From Nemertoderma westbladi (Eukaryota > Animalia > Xenacoelomorpha): 64,000 nucleotides of DNA. The stretch lies in the NCBI GenBank assembly GCA_032718475.1, contig JAUCBJ010008896.1, positions 202,330-266,329 on the forward strand, read 5' to 3'. Positions within the stretch are counted from its first letter, which is position 1, and every line of letters starts with the position of its first letter. The translations under genes and the position numbers were made by a program. Below are positions 40,521-52,726 of this stretch, piece by piece. The notes under the pieces are model-generated. The model had not been told where the DNA came from. It ran no database searches and saw nothing but the letters and a program-made list of their open reading frames with translations.

Positions 40521-41870
40521 GCGGGACAACGCATACCGCGCCCTCCTCGCCACCATCACCGAGGGCTGGCCCACGTCAAAACACGATGTCACCAACGACT
40601 GGGTCCGCCCCTATTACCAGTTCAGGTGTGACCTGATGGCCCAAGACGGGCTCATACTACGTGGTCCCCAACTATACATACCAACTGAGATGCGGGCCAA
40701 TACACTCAGCCAACTCCATGCCTCGCACCAGGGCCTTAACAAAACTCGGGAACGGGCCAACCGGGCAGTCTGGTGGCCCACCATCGCGAATGATGTGAAA
40801 CAGGCTGTTGAACGCTGCCAGTCGTGTCAGACAGTCCTCCCATCCCACGCCCCCGAGCCACTGCAACACAACCCAGATGCCACCCGACCGTTCCAGCGCG
40901 TCCACGTGGACCTCTGCGTAGTGACCGCCATGAACTACCTCGTCTGCACGGACGAGTACACGGGCTGGCCCACACTATTTCGCCTCGGCACGGACACCAC
41001 ATCGGGGGCGATTATTCCCTGCCTCCGACGTCTCTTCCTCGCCACCGCCGTTCCAACCATCCTACACCCAGATGGCGGCCCGCAACTCGTGTCGGACGCG
41101 GTGCGCCAGTTCCTCCAGCGCTGGGGAGTACGTCTGGAGCCATCCAGCCCCCACCTACCTCGTACAAACGGACGAGCGGAGGCGGCCGTGAAGGCCATGA
41201 AGAAAATTATCAGTGGAGCTAACCACGACTCTGACGGCATCACACAGGGCATCCTCGCATTCCGGAATACACCACATTACGGCGGCCGGTCCCCAGCGGA
41301 ACTCCTGTACGGGAGGAACATCCGCGAGGCCCTCCCCGCCCACTTCTCATCGTTCGACCCAAAATGGCGCGGCACTTTTCGGGAGCTCGACGAAATCGCC
41401 GCCGAAAACTCAGCCGAGCTGCGCGCTCTACGACTGCCACACACGCCCCCTACGCGCGCTCTCCATTGGCCAACCAGCCCTCATTCAGTGGCACCGTGGT
41501 GGAGGTCCTCCCCAACCACGATTATCTCGTGCGCCAAGAAAGCGGTCGTACCGTCCGGCGCAACCGCGTCCTCCTCCGGGTCCGGAATTTTGCAGCGCCC
41601 CCCAGCGGCCAACCACCGCAACAACCCACTCCGACGCCACAGCCACCGTTACCCGTACGCACGACCCTGACCTCACCAGCCCTGCCGCGACCAACTTGGG
41701 CACACATTGCGGGGCACACAACCACCACCCCGCCAGTCGCAGACCACAGCCAACCAACACCAGACGGCTCGGTCTCGATGCCAGAAGCACCCTACACCTC
41801 CAGGTCTGGGAGGGCAGTCAGGCCCCCATCGCGCTATGCGAATAGTGACTATAGTAAACAATCCAATTAG
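40516..41870 (+). pseudogene. Gypsy integrase (frameshifts ~40520 and ~41420)
   Basis: LHASHQG..CQSCQ, PFQRVHVD, DGGPQL, NGRAEAAVK, SPAELLYGR, RRNR, TSRSGR. Confidence 0.88.
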
Positions 41871-42787
41871 CCCTACACAATGGGACATTTACTATTAACA
41901 TTTAACTAGTAACATGTTATAAATAGTAATATAATGTACACTCACACAATCAACCCCCCACTATTACGGGGTATGTGTGATATACGCGTAGCGTATATTA
42001 GACTGATTTGAATATATAGGCCGGCTACCGGTTTGACGGCAGTCTGGTTAGATTGGACTGGCAGAACCGTTCCATCATTACATATTATCCTATATTTAAC
42101 AAACTGGTTAATAATTTATTAATGTTTGGTGATGGGATTTTAGCCATAAAATATAATTAGAGAGAGAGAAATTCATTCTTGTTCAGTGTCAGCATTTTGG
42201 CTATAAAATATAATCAGAGGGAGAAGAAATTCAACAATATTTTTTAAATCAACAACTAGTTAGGGAAACTAACTTCAGCGCGAACGCTTGTAACAGCCTG
42301 TATGTATGCTTAGTATACACAGAGTCAGTAGCTTGCTAGGTACCTTGTTGCTCACGAGCCGAGGTTGCGCTTTTGTTACTTATGAGTGTGTGTGTGTGTG
42401 TGCAGCGCATTGCTATCGCTAGCTAAATTACACATCGCTAAGGCTGGTGAGAAAAGTTTAGGCCTATTTGTTATATTTGTACTATCTGTTACTTGCATGT
42501 ATACATATAATTAAAACACAGGCTATGCATTTCACTACATTCAGAATAGAATAATGAACATATATCGCTAATCCGCATGGGAAAAGTTTATATTGAACAT
42601 TTTGTTAACTATGTGAATTTTGAAATGTGAACATCTGCGACTGTCTACAAAATTAAATATAAACTCAATTTTTGTAACAGTGAATTATAATTTTGTTAAA
42701 CAAAAATAAATAAAAAATACCAGTATACCGTATCCATACTGTTACCCTTAGACTATATATAAACTATCCTGTGAAGTTATTACGAAG

Positions 42788-43153
42788 ATGACTTTTGCTT
42801 TTATTAATAACCGCTCGATGAAAACCAACATAAAGTTCGATTTCGAGAGCGAAGATACTTTCCTCTCATCAGTAAACGTGACGGATTTGGAAATCAGATA
42901 TAATAATATAAAATTTGAAATTGGTTTCACAAACATTATAAACCATGAACAAGGTATAACCAAGTTAGAAACGACAAAAAACTTTTCATTAAATATAAGA
43001 ATACAACAAGGATCTGAAGAAGTTTATCAAAAAGAATTAATACCAGCAACTCAAGAAGAGAATTGGGAAACAGATACACCAACTGTACCAGCAGAGGCTA
43101 CTTGGAAAGAAATTCAACATGTTATACCTACCGGTAATAATCATTTTTCATAG
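42788..43153 (+). CDS. Unknown 121-aa Polinton accessory protein with EENWE..W tail
   Basis: Intact ORF, paralog of 43954-44338 (KFD.E, TTKNFSL, EENWE). Confidence 0.6.
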   Translation: MTFAFINNRSMKTNIKFDFESEDTFLSSVNVTDLEIRYNNIKFEIGFTNIINHEQGITKLETTKNFSLNIRIQQGSEEVYQKELIPATQEENWETDTPTVPAEATWKEIQHVIPTGNNHFS

Positions 43154-43953
43154 AAGCATACTGCCTAACCAGTACACTCATTTATAAAAGTAAATGTTAC
43201 CGGTATTAACAGTCGGAGAGAAGTTCAAATTTCAACTGAGTTGAAATTTAAAACTTTTAAGTGATTACATTTGTAAATTAGCTGAAATACTACGGGAATT
43301 TATAAGATATATTTTAGTATCTCCAAAGCTACCCCAAAAGTTGAATTTTAAACTCTACACCAAAAGTTGAAAATAGAACTTCCCCACCCCGAGTGATTAA
43401 TGTTAATACAACACTATTGTAAACTTATTTTATATTTTAAAAAAATCGAGTAAATAAACTATTTATGGTGTTTCATATGATTATAGTTTGTCAGTTCTTT
43501 GAGAGGGGCCCTTATATGGTTGAAACCACACCTAATGCTGTAATGCACAACATTCAAAAATTCATTAGAGGGAGAAAAATTCAACAATATTTTTTAAATT
43601 AAATTAAATCTACAACTAGTTAGGGAAACTAACTTCAGCATGATTCCATGTAACATACTGTATGCTTAGTATACACAGAGTCAGTAGCTTGCTGGCTTGC
43701 TTGCACGGGCTATGCATTTCACTATATTCAGAATATAATAATGAACATATATCGCTAATCTGCATGGGAAAAGTTTGGTTATGTGTGTGTGTGAATTTTG
43801 TAATGCGAACATCTGCAACTGTCTACAAAATTATATTTAAACTCAATTTTTTTTTATCTTAAGTATAATTTTATTAAACAAAAAATAAAATAAAATATTC
43901 CGGTAGATGTCCTCTAGCCTACACTATTCTATTAACTAACCTATAACTGTAAA

Positions 43954-44338
43954 ATGGCGGCAAGTGCAAGTTGTTCAATGAAATTCGATCTTGAAGCCGG
44001 AGATCTGTACTTTCAATCGGGGAATGTAGTTGACATTGCCATAAAATTTGAAGATGGGAAATTCCGGATGGTAATTAAAAATATAGCAAATAACAACGGA
44101 AACGGAATAACGGTAACGGATTTCAAAACAACAAAAAATTTCTCGTTATTATATGAGAGTTCAACCCAGCGAAATTCATGCAAGTGATATAATTTCGGAA
44201 GAAAATTGGGAAGAAGGCATAATAAATCCATCCGAAGCATTAATGTTACCCCCAAACAACCCGTGGGAAGATGATGATGTTGTTGTATCACAACCACAAC
44301 CACAACCACAATCATATACCACAATTATATTATGGTAA
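43954..44338 (+). pseudogene. Paralog of the 42788 ORF (frameshift ~44150)
   Basis: KFDLEAG..TTKNFSLL / ..EENWEEG..PWEDDD. Upstream 43565-43895 duplicates 42215-42720. Confidence 0.6.
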
Positions 44339-44479
44339 TGAAAGACTTACAGATACTTTCTGACCTACTAACTACCTGTATATTAAATGTTGCTGTCTTA
44401 ATTAGCCCCTACCAGTACTAAAGAAATATTAAATGTTTTTTTCTAGTGAATAAATAATCCAACTTAATTTATAAAATTA

Positions 44480-44931
44480 AATGTTACTAGATTAATATTA
44501 ATGAGGTTGTTGAGCTTCAGTTGTGGTACCTTTATATAACTGAAGCGAGAGTTCTAATTATTTACCGAAATTATGTTGAGGTTATTTTGCCTAATATAAC
44601 TCAAGTTCGGTAATTAATATTGCGGCTTTCATCAACCCGAATACATATATATTATTTTTATATTTTAAATGTCTCTTCATATACTTATGAAATCATCTTG
44701 CGAAATATCACTGAGATTCCATGGTAAATGAGATGTCATATCACGTAAATTGTTTATATGGGCTTCATCTAATGCCTATAAGTTAATATCTGGGGGTCCT
44801 TTAATTAAAAACGTCTTTGCATTAGTTTTAGTGTATTTAGAATCAAATATAGCAAATTCTTTAAATACTATCGGATATTCCTTATTGTCTATCTTATAAT
44901 ATTGAAAATCAACAAAAATAACATTATCCAT
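44480..44931 (-). pseudogene. Polinton accessory DEDD-fold-like remnant
   Basis: MDNVIFVDFQYY..IVFKEFAIFD..FLIKGPP..HLPW..IYVFG.MK; contains stops. Confidence 0.55.
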
Positions 44932-45149
44932 TTTATCAAATAATAATGTTTTTAAATAAACAAAAGTTAAATGTTTAATTACAACACTTGTTGGTTTATT
45001 TTATAATAATTAACAAGCCATTTATATAATATTATTTCATTTATTTCCACATTATTTGTAAACACTCTCATTGGATACTTTGTATGAATTCGATTTACCA
45101 AATAATAATGACAGTATAGCCCGCAGGACGTCCTTCTATCCTTCAGATC

Positions 45150-45355
45150 CGTCCTTCAGATCTATCATATATATATCTTTTAGCCCTCCCGTAAATATTT
45201 TAGATGTTGGATAATGATGTCTATGTGGTGCATGAAGGGTATATGTCTTTTGTCTACTTAACCATTTCTGGGCTTGAGATAGTTTGATGTTTACTGCTTT
45301 TGCCAATTTTGCGATACTTGAAAAGCCTGCAGGTGATAAAGGATCTGAATAAATT
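45150..45355 (-). pseudogene. Polinton retroviral-like integrase N-terminus (interrupted by an LTR element, truncated)
   Basis: LYSDPLSPAGFSSIAKL..AQKWLSRQKTYTLHAP..KIFTGG..MIDL. Confidence 0.75.
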
Positions 45356-46073
45356 TGTTAGCTTATCCAATTCCGCTAACATGAACCCACAAAGTAAGCC
45401 GTTGAGCAATATTGGGAGCACGAGGTTGATTACCAATCAACCTCGTGTCAGCCCAGTAAACGGGGACAATATGCCCCAAAGGAGACACACACAATAAGGG
45501 TCAGGGGCCAAACCCCCAACAGAGAGAGAACAACAGGGGCAACGGGAAACACACCAGGGAAGGTGAAAGGGCGAGAAGTGGGATATTAGCCAATGGGGGG
45601 ACAGCATCGACTAGGTACAGTAATATGGCCAACTGTGCAGTACATATATTACCTGTTGGTGCTTCCCTATTCAGTTTAGTTTACTCAGTCAGATCAGTAG
45701 GGTGGAACGGGGACTTCTGTCACCGTCCGCTACCGCCATCATACTTATCTACCGGTAACCGTGTCATACTATACTGTGCTATATCAGACTATTATACCTT
45801 TATACATATTACCGAACATCAGAACTCTTTTACCTTTCACACACGGCGGGGACGCGTGGATAGAAAACCCAACGGATAAACCGGGATCCGTAGATCCCGT
45901 CACAGTGACAGAATCAGATCCACCCAGCTGCCCTGACAGTGACAGAATCAGATCCGCCCAGCTGCCCTGACAGTGATAGAATCCTAGCAGCTGCCCTAAC
46001 AGTCTGACAGTGACAGAACTAGATCCAACCAACTGGCCTGACAGACTGTGGCTGCCAGCCACCAAAGACGAAG

Positions 46074-49000
46074 ATGAGTCGAGAGAAAGGAACGACACCG
46101 CCGCGGACCCCGGACGACGATCTAACGATCCGCGAGGCCACGGCGAGACGATACGAACCCACGACGCCGGTCGATGCTACGCCGACCACGTCGACGCACG
46201 TTGACGCCACGTCGATAACGAGCGACCCGGCGAACCAAGATGTGGGGGGTCGTCTACAAAGAGAAATCGAGTCGGGAGGAGAAGAGGAAGACGAGTCGAC
46301 GCGGAGCGAGGGTCGACGTACCGATGTCACCGGTCAGCCACAGGCCGAGGACGACGGACGGTCCACCGGAACGGCGACGGTGGGGCCGTCGGTACGACGT
46401 CGGACCCGGAGAGATGGAGGAGAGGTCGGCGACGAGGACGTCGGGGTTTCTGATCGACTTCGACGGGCCTACCTCGCGACCCGGGAGCAACTGAGAGAGG
46501 CCAAAGGAGGGGCGAAGATAGACGAGGTGAGATTGATGAAACGACTAGGTGAGTCGGACAGACATTTTAGTTACCTAATGCGTTTTGGGCAGAGAGAACT
46601 AGCCGAGGAGAGGGCGAGGGGAGTTTGCCAACGAACTGATTGAACTATGGGAATGTGGGGGTATGGAACCTAGTGTAGTGTACATAGGGCCATACTTAGT
46701 CGATGCCCGGGGAGTAAAATTAGTGGGTTGGAAGAGACCTGAGGAGGGCGAATCCGAGGTTAACTCCGAGGATTCGGTCTCGTCGGTTGGAGGAAGTTCC
46801 GGGAGGCGGGGGAAAGTTAGTAGGACGGAGGGGCGGCGGGAGTCCGTCGCAACCGATAAGTCTGCTACATCCTCCGTAAAAGAAAGAAGGGTGCGGGAGA
46901 TAAATCTAGAGTATAAATTAGAAATGGTGGCGAATAAGCAGGAATGGGTTAGAGTGGCAGCTGAGAGAGAAAACCGCATACTTAGAGAAGTTAGGAGAGT
47001 TGGCGAGGGAGTATAGAAAGAGAGTCGAGGAGTGTATAGAGCGGGAGATGAGAGTAGGGGACGAGCCGGCGACGTGGCTTGAGATAATTGCGAGAGTTGA
47101 GTTGTTCGAGCAGGGTAACCGAGAGAGAGAGATAGAGGTAGAGCGTGAGCGGGAAGATTTGCGTGCTCAGCTAGGGAGGCTTGCGCAATATCAAGCCAAA
47201 CTAGACCAGCGCCGACTAGAACTGGCGCGGTTGGAAATGTCAGAGAGTGAGACCCCACTTACAGGCACCGGGCGAGAGAACCAGAACTGGTGTAGCCGTA
47301 CGGGCGGGGGGGGGGGGTAGTAATAGTACGTTAGAAGTAGTTAATATTAATAGTACCGTAGTAAATAACCCTAATCCCTTTATTACAGGATAATATTTTA
47401 CCCGGTAGTATATTTAAATTTAAATTCAAATAATAATATTAATTCAAATATTCAGAATAATTCAAATAATTCTAATTTAAATAATTTAAATCCCGTTTCA
47501 AATTCTAATAATTTAATTGATTTAACAAATAATATTGGGAATGGTGCTATTAATATGAGCGTGTCGGACGTGCATAACCCCGATGGGGGCCTGGCAGGCC
47601 ACGCAGTTAGTGCGCAGAGAGTGGCAGGGGCGAGAAACCCCGACGGGAGCCTGGTGGGCCACGCAGTAGTAGAGAGAGAGGCGGGGGTGAATAGACCCAG
47701 CCGTAGTAAAAACAGTGCGTCGACTAGAGAGGGGTGTAGAGACGAAGTAAGAGATAGTGAAGTTAGATGTGGCGAGTGGGGGGGGGGGGGGCTACCGGCG
47801 CCCCACCACATAAGACTAGTGGCGAGAGAGGGGGGGCAGAGAATGCCCCACAAGGGGGGTGTAGAGGTGTAGTAGGAGGTAGTGAAGTTAGAAGTAGCGG
47901 GTGGGGGGGGGGCTACAGGAGCCCCACCACGAAAGATTAGTGGCGAGAGAAGGGGGGTAGAGAATGTCCGACAAGAGGGACGCAGAAGTGTAGTAAGAGA
48001 TAGTGAAGTTAGAAGTGGCGGGTGGGGGGGGGGCTACGGGCACCCCACCGCGAGAAGTTAGTAGAGAGAGAGGGGGGGCAGAGAGTGTCCCACAGCCGTC
48101 AGCGGATAATGCGCGGGCCGAATCAGGTAAACCGCAACACCCGGCGACGGAGAGTAATAGGGGGATTGCGAGTATCCCCAGCGGCGTGCGATCGAGCAGA
48201 GAGAGGCAGGTTGACGTCGCGAGAGGGCAGACGAAGCGTCGAGCCCGATCAGAAGAGAGAAGAAGAACAGTGGAGTTTAACCGGGAGGTCGACGAGAGAT
48301 CTCACGAGCGGGAATACTGCACGAAAAGGGGAAGAAGAGAAGATAGTAGAAGAAGTGTCGCCACGAACGATAGCAGTGTGAGGACAGATAGCGGACCGTC
48401 GATAGTAGAGATGGAGTTAGGGAGTCAGTGGGGTCGAACTTCGGGAGATTGCCGTCGCCCCGGAGAAACGCACCGCACGCCAAGAGAGGGGTACAGGAGG
48501 TACCAATACAAAGTCGAGAACAGGAGAGGGGATCGAAGAGAAGCTTCCCGACGGGATATAGCTGCCGATCGAGAGTACGGTAGTCGCGGGGAGATTCGAG
48601 ATTCGCGAAGAATAAACTTCGGTTCGGAAGGGCACATGCAGACTGCAGGACATACTGTAGGCCTTACTGCACATACTATTATAGGCCATGCTGGGAGAGA
48701 TAGAGTAGGCGATGGGGTAGCGCGAACGACGGGATTAAACCCGGAAGTCGCGGAGTACATACCGGTAGGTAGGCGAGAGGTAGGTAGGCCTATATCGGTA
48801 CAGCAGCATGACTATAATACACAGGGACATAACATATATCCAGGGGAGGGGGGAGTTATTGGAGATAGACGTATGGGCCCCAATGTATTAACATCAACCC
48901 CAGTACCAAACATACCGGCCGGGGGGGGACAGGGTGACATTCCCCCATCACAATATCGACAATATACCCCGATAGGAGCAAGAACATCGAACTCCCTGGA

Positions 49001-49643
49001 CGAGAACAGGTCGTGCGGACAGTCACTACCACACGCGGCCATACAGGGGACTGCTAGTCCACAGTTAGCTGGTAGCAGGGCCACACCGTGGCGGGGACAG
49101 GAAGAAAATAACACCAAAAATAAACACAATCCCAATATACCCAGTAGGCCGAGTCTAGACAATCGAAACATTAAATCGGTACATATAAACCTAAGCGCGA
49201 TACGTGAAGGACTATACAGGAAACGCTATAATCCAGGATTCCAATGTCAATTACATCGGGACGGAACCCATAAGACCAGGAGTTGCAAGTACTGGCAAGC
49301 GTTGCCCAAACGAGATCGTGTAGCCTACACAGACGCAAACGGACTATGTCATCGATGTGTGGTAAAAGGACACAGATCCGGAGAGTGTTGGAAAGGGAGA
49401 GGATGTGAAAGGACTAAACCAGGGGCAGAGAAGCCCATGAGCAAACATAAGGGAGTCGGGAAAGTAGAAGGAGGCGTGTTGCATACACACGCAGGACTGG
49501 ACACAGTGCGAGGGGGCATTACATGGGCAGACGCCGTGTATACCGAGGGACGAGCGGGGGTCGTCGAGGCCTTTAATGCCAGCGCACATACGAAGGGGGA
49601 GGCCAGCAGAGGTAGTACCGAAGAGAGTGTGGCGAAGAGTTAG
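46074..49643 (+). pseudogene. gag: Gag-like coding region, broken into several frames
   Basis: Coiled-coil segments, then BEL-type knuckles CQLH..HKTRSC and GLCHRCVVKGHRSGEC; three ~122-bp tandem repeats at ~47720-48090. Confidence 0.7.
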
Positions 49644-49869
49644 AGGACGTATAGGAGGGCAGCGGGAGAGTGCCTACTGGAAGAAGGGGCACCTGAGAGT
49701 TTTTAGTCGTCCAAAGTTTTGGACTGAGGGGGGTGGGAATGAGGGCGAGACGCCCTTCCCACGCACAAAATATAAAATAATTATTTAATTAAAAATAAGA
49801 AAATAATTAAATAATAGAGTAGGTAGAAGTTAGGTAGTAAGAGTTAGTTAGTTAGTTAGTTAGTTAAAG

Positions 49870-50275
49870 GGTGGTACGTAGTACCGTTAGAGAGTTAGAG
49901 AGTTAGAGGGTACGTAAGTACCGCTAGTTAGTTAGAGAGTTAGAGGGTACGTAAGTACCGTTAGTTCAGTTAGAGAGTTAGAGGGTACGTAGTACCGCTA
50001 GTTAGTTAGAGAGTTAGAGGGTACGTAGTACCGCTAGTTAGTAGAGTAGAGCTAGAGTAGTAGAGAGGGTACGTAAGTACCGCTAGTAGTAGAGTAGAGC
50101 TAGAGTAGTTAAGAGGGTACGTAGTACCGCTAGTCTAGTTAGAGAGAGCTAGAGTAGTAAGAGGGTACGTAGTACCGCTAGCTAGTAGAGAGAGCTAGAG
50201 TAGTAGAGAGGGTACGTTGTACCGCTAGCTAGTAGAGAGAGCTAGAGTAGTAAGAGGGTACGTAGTACCGCTAGT
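49870..50275 (+). repeat. Array of 10 GGTAC-gta-GTACC hairpin units
   Basis: Repeated gagggtacgtagtaccg(c/t)tag with purine-rich spacers. Confidence 0.9.
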
Positions 50276-50704
50276 TAGGAGTGTTAGTAGAGCAGTAGAG
50301 GGTTGTGGGCACCATAAGCGCCACGTAGATGGAAGTAGCAGTAGAGGTTGTGGGCACCGTAAGCGCCACGTAGTTAGAGTTAGTAGGGAATGCGCTGAAC
50401 TTAGTGGGGCACGGGCGTGATGACGTGTTTGATGTAAGAGCAGGGTATGTTAATTAGGGTGGGTGCCGGGCACAAGAGGTGCCGGGCACAAAAAGAGTTA
50501 GTGAGTAGTGGAGTTAGTTGAGTAGTAGTAGAGTTAGTTGAGTTAGTAGAGGTTGTGAGTTAGTAGAGTTAGTAGAGAGTTAGTAGAGTTAGTAAGAGTT
50601 AGTAGTAGTTCACATAATTAACGTACCCACTCTGCCGGCATTCAGAGCGTCACGTGTAGGCGAGTGGATGTAAAGGAAGTAAGTTAGAGATAGAGTAGAG
50701 TAGT

Positions 50705-51190
50705 AGAGAGGGCACATAGGGTGCCAGGTAGTAGAGTAGAGTGTTAGAGGTAGCAGAGAGGGCACATAGGGTGCCAGAGTAGAAAGTAGAGACGGGCACA
50801 TAGGGTGCCAGGTAGTAGAGTTAGAGAGTTAGAGATAGAGTAGAGAGAGAGGGCACATAGGGTGCCAGGTAGTAAGTTAGAGATAGAGTAGAGAGTAGAG
50901 AGGGCACATAGGGTGCCAGGTAGTAGAGTTAGAGAGTTAGAGATAGAGTAGAGTAGTAGAGACGGGCACATAGGGTGCCAGGTAGTAGAGTTAGAGAGTT
51001 AGAGATAGAGTAGAGTAGTAGAGAGGGCACATAGGGTGCCAGGTAGTAGAGTTAGAGAGGTAGTAGTGTAGTAGAGAGGGCACATAGGGTGCCAGGTAGT
51101 AGAGTAGAGCAGAGAGGGCACATAGGGTGCCAGGTAGTAGAGCTAGAGAGGTAGTTGAGTAGTAGAAGGGCACATAGGGTGCCAGATAGT
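50705..51190 (+). repeat. Array of 10 GGCAC-atagg-GTGCC hairpin units
   Basis: Invariant gggcacatagggtgccag separated by variable (AGT/AG)-rich spacers. Confidence 0.92.
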
Positions 51191-52726
51191 AGAGTGGTTG
51201 TGGGCACCGCAAGCGCCACGTAGTTAGAAGAGTGGGTAGAGTTAGGGAGTTCTAGTTAAAGGGCTAGAGAGTTGGTAGACTTAGATGAGTCAAGTAGAGT
51301 TAGTAGAAGTAGAGAGTTAGTAGGAGTTAGCTAGACTTAGTAGTTCTAGTTAGAGTTAGTAGAAAGTTAGAGGCTTTAGTTAGAGCCAGAAGTAGTGAGA
51401 GTTAGCGGAGAGTAGAGTTAGTAGTTAGTAGAGTTAGATAGTTAGAGTTAGTAAGCAGTAGGTAGATGGTATGATAGCACAGGGGTAGCATTAGAGATTA
51501 GGGCCTTAGGGAGGGCAAGAGAGATAGCGAGAGGTGGTATGGAGATAGTGTGGAGAGAGTGTGGGCGCAATTCAAGCGTGGGGGGGGGGGAGAAGTGAGA
51601 GGAAGAGTGAGGGACAGGGAAGTCCAAGAGTTAGAGCAAGAGAGGAGAGGAAGAGTAGAGTCAGGGCGAAAGTGTTGGGGAAACAAAAGTTGTGTGAGAG
51701 AAGCGCACGATCGGCCCGACACGAAACGCCAGAGGGTAGCAATATCATACCCATAGGGAGCGGCCCGGAAAGCCGGCTCCGAAAGAAAATAACCCACCCC
51801 ACACCCGATACTAGATCGGGATCCAGCGGAATTGTAGCGCACTTTTTGGTGGATGCTATCTTCTCACCGGGAAGATAGCATGGGGGGGAGTGTTAGCTTA
51901 TCCAATTCCGCTAACATGAACCCACAAAGTAAGCCGTTGAGCAATATTGGGAGCACGAGGTTGATTACCAATCAACCTCGTGTCAGCCCAGTAAACGGGG
52001 ACAATAGGCCCCAAAGGAGACACACACAATAAGGGTCAGGGGCCAAACCCCTAACAGAGAGAGAACAACAGGGGCAACGGGAAACACACCAGGGAAGGTG
52101 AAAGGGCGAGAAGTGGGATATTAGCCAATGGGGGGACAGCATCGACTAGGTACAGTAATATGGCCAACTGTGCAGTACATATATTACCTGTTGGTGCTTC
52201 CCTATTCAGTTTAGTTTACTCAGTCAGATCAGTAGGGTGGAACGGGGACTTCTGTCACCGTCCGCTACCGCCATCATACTTATCTACCGGTAACCGTGTC
52301 ATACTATACTGTGCTATATCAGACTATTATACCTTTATACATATTACCGAACATCAGAACTCTTTTACCTTTCACACACGGCGGGGACGCGTGGATAGAA
52401 AACCCAACGGATAAACCGGGATCCGTAGATCCCGTCACAAAATTCTTTTTGTCTAAGCTCCGGTTTAAAATTGGTCTCATTTTGCGTGGCATCTTTCGAC
52501 AACCACAAGTAATATGTATATTCAAATCTCTTATAAAGGAAGGGCCTCACTGTAAAAACAGCTGAAATTTTTTTATTTTCTTTGAAGTTGATGATATTTT
52601 TTTTTTTTTTGTATTTACTTCTAGGTATATCTTGAGGTTTTAAAACAGTAGCTAACGGTTTACTCGATACTAAATATAATTTTCTAAATGTTACTTCCGT
52701 TTTAACCATTATTATTATTATTATTA

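Larger units (their letters stand above)
37184..42082 (+). mobile_element. Ty3/Gypsy LTR retrotransposon
   Basis: ~107-bp LTRs (37184-37290 and 41976-42082), PBS-like tggcgcag at 37293, tatta(t) on both flanks, domain order gag-PR-RT-RH-IN. Confidence 0.92.
45356..52439 (+). mobile_element. Non-autonomous (pol-deleted) BEL/Pao LTR element, recent insertion
   Basis: 549-bp LTRs at 45356-45904 and 51891-52439 with ~2 mismatches; 5-bp TSD AAATT; PPT gggggggag; gag-like ORFs; only the last ~20 integrase codons remain (RTYRRAAGECLLEEGAP). Confidence 0.93.

Noticed and set aside
37391-41790. Many antisense and alternate-frame ORFs in the Gypsy element
   Set aside because: Shadow ORFs of GC-rich gag-pol.
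49870-51190. CRISPR array
   Set aside because: Eukaryotic LTR-element context, spacers are low-complexity and related to each other, and there are no cas genes.
45625-52414. Duplicated 84-aa gene (45625 and 52160)
   Set aside because: Both lie inside the near-identical LTRs; no coding signature.
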